Positions 55,368 to 64,000 of a DNA stretch of 64,000 bases are shown one piece after another; position 1 is the stretch's first letter, and each line of letters begins with the position of its first letter. Where the stretch lies: positions 62,001 to 126,000 of the forward strand of contig JAJCTO010000009.1 of the NCBI GenBank assembly GCA_046563655.1, written 5' to 3'. The position numbers and the translations under genes were made by a program. The notes under the pieces were generated by a model. The model saw nothing but the letters and a program-made list of their open reading frames with translations. It was not told where the DNA came from and did no database searches. The DNA comes from Yuukianura sp. NJ FZ-2021. Its lineage: Eukaryota.

Positions 55368-56093
55368 GTTGTATAAGCGGTAAAAAGGCATAAGTTCCAT
55401 TTTTCACAACGTTTAACACCTTGTTGTATAGTTTCAACCCTAAGTTTAACCTAAATCGTAGTTAGACTTTTGCACTTGTGGTATGGTGGAGCTGGGCTAA
55501 AATACAATTTCGGACTATTGTTGGGCAGAAGTTTTCAGACATGATTTATTTAATGTGCAAGTTGGTAGGCAATATAAAAAAGTATTTTCCAAAAATTGTA
55601 TCCAGAAATGGCCAAAAATGCTGAATGTTCATTTTTGATTTAGAAAATGTAAGGGTCGGTTTTTCCCAGAAGTTCCATCGACGTGTGAGTTATCATGATT
55701 TATGATGTCAAAGTGAAAACTCATGGGTTGCACCTGAAATGAAGGCATGCTTGACACTTCACCGGCACTTCTAGTTTGAGCTCAAGGATGGACGCTGACA
55801 ACATGTTTTTCAACGTGTGATTTAATCAGTTATGCAGTACGACGAAGTGGACCGTTATTTGATGAATACCAAGAATTTTGGTATGAGCGGTAACAAGGCA
55901 TAAATTTCATTTTTCAGAACGTTTGACACCTTGTTGTATAGTTTCAACCCTAAGTTAAACCTAAATCGTAGTTAGACTTATGCACATGTGGTATGGTGGA
56001 GCTGTGCTAAAATACAATTCCGGACTATTGTTGGGCAGAAGTTTTCAGACATGATCTATTTAATGTGCAAGTCGGTAGAAAATATTAAAAAGT
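55368..56093 (+). repeat. 510-bp satellite, ~1.4 units between the two insertions
   Basis: Same unit sequence, in phase with the main block. Confidence 0.98.
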
Positions 56094-57399
56094 TAGGTTG
56101 GAGAGCGAGTTGAGCTGTCAAAGAGGAAGGTTGTTGTTATTCCGCTCCGTGAGATAAAGTTAACTGTTAAGAAGACAAAAGCGAAATGGAAAATTTCTTC
56201 AGTTCCTCACGTGATTTAATCCATAGGATTAACAGTCTAGAAAAAGTGGTACTGAATAAAGAATTGCTTCAAAGTTTCCTATTAGTAAAAAGTGAAATTG
56301 ATGAAGGAATTTTAAACTTCGTGTGTCGTTGCACAGAAAATCAGGTTGCAGAAAAGGGCATCAAAACGGAAGGAATTGTGAAAATGGAGCCAGGCTTTGA
56401 ACACAGAATTGTTATTTATGGACTCTCAACATCGAGTAAGTTGGACTTATTAAACCAGGTGACCCAGTTCTTTGAATTGCGCATGAAATTTACACCAAAA
56501 ATTTTGAAAGCGGTGAAACTTGGACAAACGGAATTTTCGCCGGTGCTAGTGACTGTTGACTCTGCAAAGCAAAAAGCAGCAATTTTTCGGAACTCAGCCA
56601 ATTTGAAAGGATCCAAAATTTCAATTGTCGACGACTTATCGGAACACGACCGAAAACTGAAAAAATCATTGCTCCCTGTTTTACAAAAAGCGAAAGCCAT
56701 TGGGAAAAAGGCATTTTTTCGAGGAACAACGTTGTTCATCAACAATAAAGCCTACGACCCATCTACAGACAATTACGATGCAGTACCAGAAAACTTAAAC
56801 GCAGAAATTGAGATTAGAAAGACATTGGACACTTTTTTCGAAAGGAAGGAGACCTTGGACCTGTTCTTCACAGCTTCACAGCAAGAGCACCCCGAACAGA
56901 CATCAAATAATGACGAATCATTACTTGAAATAGACCAAGCTCGGCAATCCCGTTCCCAGCCGAAGAAAAAGAAGAAAAATGACCACAAGAATTGTATGAC
57001 TTTTGCACCAGGAGACAGGAAACTCATCCATGAGAAGATGGAAAAGGCAATCAAAGATATTCAAAATTTTAGCGACATAGGCAAAACGTCAAGAGAGTTA
57101 GCGAAAGAGTTTATTGTAGAGAAATGCGCTCATTGCGCAAAAAATAATGATGCAAAGTTAAACTGTTTTTACGAAGAAATGTTTAAAGAGTTTCAGTTTC
57201 ATTTAGAAGAATATTTTGAATGGAATGAATATGATAAAAAATACGTCAAAGGAAGCAATACTAAATGCAACTGTAAAGATTGAGGCTAGTTATTTTGAGT
57301 CAAAACTCGCTCTCCAGGTTTGTAAAACAGATTAGAGAGTAAATTGGATGTGACCCCTGGGCTTCGTGCCCGATGGGTTGAATAAATAAATAAATAAAT
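56094..57399 (+). mobile_element. 1.3-kb non-LTR retroposed element encoding only an ORF1-like protein
   Basis: 14-bp TSD AAATATTAAAAAGT (56080-56093 and 57400-57413), (TAAA)n tail at 57381-57399, 3' stem-loop at 57353-57378, a single ORF and no RT or endonuclease. Confidence 0.88.
56186..57283 (+). CDS. LINE ORF1p-like RNA-binding protein (RRM + CTD type) with a C-terminal extension, 365 aa
   Basis: Uninterrupted ORF. The pattern RIVIYGL...AVKLG...PVLVTV...IFRNSANLKGSKISIVDDLSEHDRKLKKSL...AKAIGKKAFFRGTTLFINNKAY fits L1/CR1/L2-type ORF1 proteins. The N-terminus is leucine-rich and probably helical; the C-terminus has PKKKKK, CAHC and CNC. Confidence 0.75.
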   Translation: MENFFSSSRDLIHRINSLEKVVLNKELLQSFLLVKSEIDEGILNFVCRCTENQVAEKGIKTEGIVKMEPGFEHRIVIYGLSTSSKLDLLNQVTQFFELRMKFTPKILKAVKLGQTEFSPVLVTVDSAKQKAAIFRNSANLKGSKISIVDDLSEHDRKLKKSLLPVLQKAKAIGKKAFFRGTTLFINNKAYDPSTDNYDAVPENLNAEIEIRKTLDTFFERKETLDLFFTASQQEHPEQTSNNDESLLEIDQARQSRSQPKKKKKNDHKNCMTFAPGDRKLIHEKMEKAIKDIQNFSDIGKTSRELAKEFIVEKCAHCAKNNDAKLNCFYEEMFKEFQFHLEEYFEWNEYDKKYVKGSNTKCNCKD

Positions 57400-59497
57400 A
57401 AATATTAAAAAGTATTTTCCAAAAATTTTATCCAAAAATGGCCAAAAATGCTGAATGTTCAATTTTGATTTAGAAAATGTAATAGTCGGTTTTTCCCTGA
57501 AGTTCGATTGAAGTGTGAGTTGTCATGATTCATGGTGTCAAAATGAGAACTCATCGTTTGCATCTAAAGTGAAGGCATGCTTGACACTTTACCGGCACTT
57601 CTAGTTTAAGCTCAAGGATGGACGCTGACAACATGTTTTTCAACGTGTGATTTAGTCAGTTATGCACTACGACGAAGTGGACCGTTATTTGATGAATACC
57701 AAGAATTTTTGTATAAGCGGTAAAAAGGCATAAGTTCCATTTTTCACAACGTTTAACACCTTGTTGTATAGTTTCAACCCTAAGTTTAACCTAAATCGTA
57801 GTTAGACTTTTGCACTTGTGGTATGGTGGAGCTGGGCTAAAATACAATTTCGGACTATTGTTGGGCAGAAGTTTTCAGACATGATCTATTTAATGTGCAA
57901 GTTGGTAGGCAATATAAAAAAGTATTTTCCAAAAATTGTATCCAGAAATGGCCAAAAATGCTGAATGTTCATTTTTGATTTAGAAAATGTAAGGGTCGGT
58001 TTTTCCCAGAAGTTCCATCGACGTGTGAGTTATCATGATTTATGATGTCAAAGTGAAAACTCATGGGTTGCATCTGAAATGAAGGCATGCTTGACACTTC
58101 ACCGGCACTTCTAGTTTGAGCTCAAGGATGGACGCTGACAACATGTTTTTCAACGTGTGATTTAGTCAGTTATGCATTACGACGAAGTGGACCGTTATTT
58201 GATGAATACCAAGAATTTTGGTATGAGCGGTAACAAGGCATAAGTTCCATTTTTCACAACGTTTAACACCTTGTTGTATAGTTTCAACCCTAAGTTAAAC
58301 CTAAATCGTAGTTAGACTTATGCACTTGTGGTATGGTGGAGCTGGGCTAAAATACAATTTCGGACTATTGTTGGGCAGAAGTTTTCAGACATGATCTATT
58401 TAATGTGCAAGTTGGTAGGCAATATAAAAAAGTATTTTCCAAAAATTGTATCCAGAAATGGCCAAAAATGCTGAATGTTCATTTTTGATTTAGAAAATGT
58501 AAGGGTCGGTTTTTCCCAGAAGTTCCATCGACGTGTGAGTTATCATGATTTATGATGTCAAAGTGAAAACTCATGGGTTGCACCTGAAATGAAGGCATGC
58601 TTGACACTTCACCGGCACTTCTAGTTTGAGCTCAAGGATGGACGCTGACAACATGTTTTTCAACGTGTGATTTAATCAGTTATGCAGTACGACGAAGTGG
58701 ACCGTTATTTGATGAATACCAAGAATTTTGGTATGAGCGGTAACAAGGCATAAATTTCATTTTTCAGAACGTTTGACACCTTGTTGTTTCAACCCTAAGT
58801 TAAACCTAAATCGTAGTTAGACTTATGCACATGTGGTATGGTGGAGCTGTGCTAAAATACAATTCCGGACTATTGTTGGGCAGAAGTTTTCAGACATGAT
58901 CTATTTAATGTGCAAGTCGGTAGAAAATATTAAAAAGTATTTTCCAAAAATTTTATCCAAAAATGGCCAAAAATGCTGAATGTTCAATTTTGATTTAGAA
59001 AATGTAATAGTCGGTTTTTCCCTGAAGTTCGATTGAAGTGTGAGTTGTCATGATTCATGGTGTCAAAATGAGAACTCATCGTTTGCAGCTAAAGTGAAGG
59101 CATGCTTGACACTTTACCGGCACTTCTAGTTTAAGCTCAAGGATGGACGCTGACAACATGTTTTTCAACGTGTGATTTAGTCAGTTATGCATTACGACGA
59201 AGTGGACCGTTATTTGATGAATACCAAGAATTTTGGTATGAGCGGTAACAAGGCATAAGTTCCATTTTTCACAACGTTTGACACCTTGTTGTATAGTTTC
59301 AACCCTAAGTTAAACCTAAATCGTAGTTAGACTTATGCACTTGTGGTATGGTGGAGCTGGGCTAAAATACAATTTCGGACTATTGTTGGGCAGAAGTTTT
59401 CAGACATGATCTATTTAATGTGCAAGTTGGTAGGCAATATAAAAAAGTATTTTCCAAAAATTGTACCCAGAAATGGCCAAAAATGCTGAATGTTCAT
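57400..59497 (+). repeat. 510-bp satellite, ~4.1 terminal units
   Basis: Same unit, with a 5-bp deletion near 58787. It ends at gttcattttt where the Helentron starts. Confidence 0.98.
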
Positions 59498-60638
59498 TTT
59501 TAGTCTTCTGGAGACGCACGTCTACGACGTGCTGAAGAAGACTATTGATACGACTTTTCTGTCTGTCCGTGTGTCCTGTTTTTTAGTACCCTTTCCGCTG
59601 AAACATAAGCCCCATCGCAGTCGGGGGGTTATCTACGGCTCAAGTGTTTTTAGTAGGTCTACATTGTACTCAAAGTCTTACATTAACAACGTCAAAATAT
59701 GCGGCTGCTTCGCGTTGCAGTTTCTTAAGTCCTCAATATTTTTGTATTAGGTCTGCATTGTACTCAAAATATTTTTAAACAACGAAGTTTTGATCTTCTC
59801 ATTTTCTGACATTATGTTTAGTTACGTTGTTAAATTAAGACTGATAAGAGGGTAGAAAATCCGGCTTAAATGATTACTATGTGAATTGTGAATGACAGGT
59901 TTAAATTTGCACTCACAAGAAATTCTTATAATTTTGACTTTAAAAAGCGCTTTTCGACCCTATAACTTATACACTTAATAACACATGGTGCATTTATTTG
60001 AACCGATTTTAAGGAAACGATATTCGACACCTTCACTCGACGTTTAATTTTGTGCGTGATGCATACTTATAGGCGGGTGCACAAAACTCAATTTCGGTAT
60101 CATTATTTTGAGGCAGTTTGTTGTACGCTCTTTTCGCTATTAGTACATTGCCATGGCAACACCTGCATTATATTATATGTGCATGTTGTTTACTTAATTT
60201 CAACAATAATTGTTTCAATTTCAACATCACTATTTTGATAGAGTTAGTTAACACTCTTTATGCTACAGTGTAGTCATGACATCACTAACGGTACTTTATG
60301 TTTAAATTGTTTATTAGTTGTTTATGCTAATAAATTGCATAAAGTATTTGTGACTGCAATTCGTAATTATTTTTAAAAACATCTTTTACATTTTGTTTCG
60401 TATAGCCTCAACTTCATAAATTGACAATAATTGTTTCATTATATTCATTCAAGTGCTTAGTTTATAGTTTAGCTCATAGTACTCAGTTCTATTCCAAGTA
60501 GTGTATTATTTCAATCTCAGTTACAAGTCTACACAGTTTCGTCGGGTAAAAATATACATTTTCATCATTTATATTTATATATCTACTATCAAAATATATC
60601 ACTCCATTGACGTTTCGCTACATTATACAGGTATAATC

Positions 60639-61323
60639 ATGTCTAGTCGTGATCAACGGGCTAGAGAGAGACATCGGAGGCAGCTCTTAAGAGCCACTGA
60701 ATTCAACAATCAGGAAGGGCGCAGCTTACATTCACTGGCTCAACGTATGGTTCGTGGCAATGAAGAATACCGTGAACTGGAACAGGAAAGAAACAGAGCT
60801 GCCCATGTTCTCCTCAGGCAAAATCAAGAGTACCGTGAACAGGAACAGGGACGGGACAGAGCTGCACATGTTCTCCTCCGGCAAAATCACGAGTACCGTG
60901 AACAGGAACAGCAACGAAACTCAGCCGCTTATCGTACCTTGTGTGATCAAACTCGAGATGTATCTTGGTATTCTATGGTGGAATATTTCAAAGAAAACTG
61001 CAGGGAAGGCCCATCACACACGTGTGTTTGCTGTGGTGGACTTTGGTTTAAGAAGTCCATGAAACATTTGCGACGATCGGACTGTACTCGAGCTGATGAC
61101 AACCTTCTGAACTCTGTCTTCCCTGACGACGCACTGGAAGGAGAATTTTGTACTACTTGTTATGGAGCTGTGAGATCTGGCCGAATTTCACGACTAGCGC
61201 TTAACAATGGACTCGACTTTCCGCTTGTCCCTCCAGAGGTTTCGTCTTTGACGCGTTTAGAGGCCAGATTAGTGTCGCCTTACCACGTGTTTCAAGCGAT
61301 TTGGGCAGTGCAAGGAGATCAAG
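60639..61323 (+). CDS. Helentron Rep-helicase, first coding exon (charged repeats, CxxC..CxxC zinc finger)
   Basis: ATG at 60639 (MSSRDQRAR), GPSHTCVCCGGLWF...FCTTC, LTRLEARLVSP. A GT donor at 61324 removes the TAA at 61332. Confidence 0.8.
60765..60929 (+). repeat. 63-bp coding tandem repeat (21 aa, ~2.6 copies)
   Basis: EYRELEQERNRAAHVLLRQNQ / EYREQEQGRDRAAHVLLRQNH / EYREQEQQRNSAA start at 60765, 60828 and 60891. Confidence 0.9.
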
Positions 61324-61386
61324 GTTACTTTTAAGCAATTGAATTAGAGTTTGAAAAAATGTAATGCAAACGTCTATTATTTTTAG
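61324..61386 (+). other. Predicted 63-nt GT-AG intron (phase 1)
   Basis: g|gttact...tattatttttag|gt. Splicing gives DQGQLKTKGRIVNVP, restoring the conserved GQxxxKGxxVNVP motif. Confidence 0.8.
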
Positions 61387-64000
61387 GTCAACTCAAAACG
61401 AAGGGACGGATTGTAAATGTTCCAGTTTCCGTGACAAATATTGTTCAAAGTCTGCCTCGCCTGCCCTCAGACGATTCAGTTTTGCATCTCCGGCTTGCCC
61501 GTCAGATGCACATTGAACGGAATTACACATCTGGAAATATACGTCCGGAGAAAGTTATTCATGCTGCCGAAGTTCTGTGCAAATCTCCATTATTTTCTCA
61601 GCATGGTGTGTCAATTTCACATTCATGGCTGGCGGATTCTCGACGAGAATTGACTCTAATGGCTTCTACCTTGGAGAGTGAACTAGAAAAATCTCTAACA
61701 ATCACAAATGAAGCAAATGCGGTGGTCGAAAACGAAGACTCTACTGCAACTGAAACAATGTTGACTGATGGCTCAGGGCTTCGGATGGCCCCCGCAGAGG
61801 GAAATCGGCCTATTTCTGTGCTTCTGGATGACGACGCTATATTTCTAGCTTTTCCACAGCTATTCGGCGGACACAAGCTCACTCCAATTTGTGCTGGGAA
61901 GAAATTGTCACGTGCTGACATGTTCAAGTCTTTTGCGAGGAACAAGGACCGACGAGCGGCTGAGTCAATTGATTTTCTGTTGTACATGGCAAAGACTCTG
62001 GAAATTGCACGAATTACAAGCAATCGTACCATACACTTGAGAAAAAGAAGAGTAAACGGCGAGCTCATTGTTCCCTCAGCGGGGCAAGTGCTTCACCAGA
62101 ACTATGTCGATGGCCTCATTCGTGATGATAATGCTTACAAGGTATTGGCTGGAATTCGCAATGCAGGGACGCACTGGAAAAACGAGGGCAACAAAGTTAG
62201 AGCGATGATTCGTACATTTGGGATCGCTACACTTTTCGTGACCGTCAGTGCGGCAGAGCTAAAATGGAATGAGCTGATTGTGTTGCTGAAAAAAATTTTG
62301 GATGGCGTCGACATTTCTGAAGAGGATGCACAGCAATTACCATCGTCTGAGAAGGCTATGTTAATACAGCGAGATCCAATAACATGTGCTCGTTATTTTG
62401 ATCACCGTTACTCAGCTCTGAAAGCTACATACAAATCTCGTAACGGTCCTTTTGGCTCTCGTGAAATACGACACTTTTACGAGAGGGTGGAGTTTCAACA
62501 CCGAGGAAGTCCGCATGTGCATGCTATGTATTGGCTCGCCGATGCTCCAGTTTACAATCCAGAGAACAAATCACAGGACGAAGTTACTGATTTCATTGAC
62601 AGCATAATAACTTGTAATACAAGCTACCCTGACGATGATCCAATCACTGGACTACTATCTCTCCAAACTCATCGCCATACACACACTTGCTACAAACGAA
62701 CACACAAGGGGATCAAATGTCGTTTTGGAATACCCTTCTTCCCGATGGATCGTACCCGCATCTTGTTGCCATTAAATGAAGCAGATGATCTAAAAGAACT
62801 TCATGTAACATACAAAGCAGTTCGAGAATTCTTGGATAGTCGCATTACCGCCGAGAAGATGTCGTTTGAAGAATTTCTAGCAAGGATCAGTTGCGATCTT
62901 ACTACGTATTTACGAGTTATTCAATCAAAGCTGAAGAAACCTCATGTGTACCTCAAGCGAAGTCCATGCGAGATATATATCAACGCATACAGTGAAAAAA
63001 TCCTCCGGCTTCAGCAATCCAATATGGACATCCAATTCATTCTTGATCCATACGCCTGCTGCAGCTACATCGTGGACTATATCAACAAGAGTAATCGCGG
63101 GCTTTCGGAACTGTTGCGGAACGTGGTAGAGGAAGTCAGGAAAGGTAATGCGCCCCTGAAAGACAGTCTACAAGCTATTGGAGCGGCTCATAACTTGAAC
63201 AGCGAACTTTCGGCCCAGGAAGCAGCTTACAATGTTTTGCAAATGCCAATGAGCTATGCTTCTGAAAAATGCGTTTTCATTCAAACTGGGCCTGCCAGCC
63301 ACAGGACAAGGATGCTGAAACCACTAGCGGATCTTTCACAAATGGACCCTGACGATCAAAATATTTTCTTTAACAGTCCAACTGATCACTATGCTCAGCG
63401 CCCTCTTGCTTTAGAGTCCCTGAATCTCGCGCAATTCTCGGCATGGTATGAGTATTCCAAGACTTTGAGACGACCAACAGTTGACCTTAACGAGGAAACT
63501 GCAACTGCCACATCTGAAGAAACTGGTACTGAGGTTTCCAAGCTGATTGATAACTCGGGTTACGTACGCAAGAGAAAATTCCCGAAGGCAATTCGCTTTG
63601 TCCGTTACAACAAGGAAAAGGATCCAGACAACTTCTTCAGAGAACTCTTGATGCTTTATAAACCCTGGAGAGACGAGGAGAAGGAATGTAGCGAAGATGT
63701 AGATTGTCAGAAGATTGTAGCCGAAAACTTAGAATTGATTGCCAAGAACAGACAAGAATTTAATTTTTTTGAAGACTCAATACTTGACTCTGCAATGGAG
63801 GAAGTCCTCGCAAGGCCACCGGAGAATGAGGTTGACTTGGATGAAAACCAGCCTTCGACCGATGAACTGCGCGAGTATCGTCTAGAAGATGCATCAGGCG
63901 CTAACGCAGTTGACTTTGCAAGCTACGAAAGGCGACCATTTGCAGAGAGTTTCAAGAATACACAGCTGACCTCGAATGATGAGTACTGGAATCTTTTGGC
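61387..64000 (+). CDS. Helentron Rep-helicase, second coding exon: DUF6570-like region and HUH-Y2 Rep domain, open to the window end
   Basis: In one frame: VNVPVSV..LPR..IRPEKV, FGIATLFVTVSAAELKW (motif 1), FYERVEFQHRGSPHVHAMYW (HUH at 62514-62522), QTHRHTHTC, NMDIQFILDPYACCSYIVDYINKS (Y2 motif), SAQEAAY, LMLYKPWRDE. It is missing from the ORF track, consistent with no stop before 64000. The helicase is expected beyond the edge. Confidence 0.92.

Larger units (their letters stand above)
59498..64000 (+). mobile_element. Helentron (Helitron2-type rolling-circle transposon), 5' part, apparently intact
   Basis: Starts in a T run with TTTTAGTCTTC...GCACGTC-TAC-GACGTGC...GAAGACTA plus a gtctgtccgt microsatellite. 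A Rep gene with the RGSPHVH motif follows. Confidence 0.88.

Noticed and set aside
5792..59497. CRISPR array or telomeric repeat
   Set aside because: There are no unique spacers. Only two isolated CCTAA motifs occur per unit, not a (TTAGG)n tract.
5180..60070. One giant TIR/foldback DNA transposon carrying the satellite
   Set aside because: Identity is highest at the inner edges and decays outward, the opposite of TIRs. No TSD is seen, and each arm is explained as a Helentron 5' end.
60501..60638. N-terminal extension of the Rep ORF as given in the ORF track
   Set aside because: It has a GTG start and is AT-rich, intron-like sequence ending in TACAG; ATG 60639 is the more plausible start.

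Overview
Eukaryotic, repeat-only window (probably invertebrate heterochromatin) with no host gene. From left to right: (1) a BEL/Pao LTR element (minus-strand 5' LTR, PBS, gag) nested inside the integrase of a second, oppositely oriented BEL/Pao element, whose 3' LTR abuts (2) a 402-bp tandem array built from Helentron-like 5' termini; (3) a ~1-kb non-autonomous Helentron derivative (HINE/DINE-1-like) on the minus strand; (4) a 510-bp satellite of ~83 units (5792-59497) with two monomer types and local higher-order repeats. The satellite is interrupted by a young 10-kb non-autonomous LTR element with decayed Gypsy-like gag/protease, and by a 1.3-kb retroposed element. That element encodes only an intact LINE-ORF1-like protein and has a 14-bp TSD, a (TAAA)n tail, a 3' stem-loop and complementary 5'/3' UTR segments. 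(5) An apparently intact Helentron whose spliced Rep(-helicase) gene runs off the right edge; its first 60 bp are an exact inverted copy of the HINE end at the other side of the satellite. The ORF1-only retroelement and the Helentron-satellite links are the most interesting observations. Family assignments come from motif recognition by eye, not database searches.
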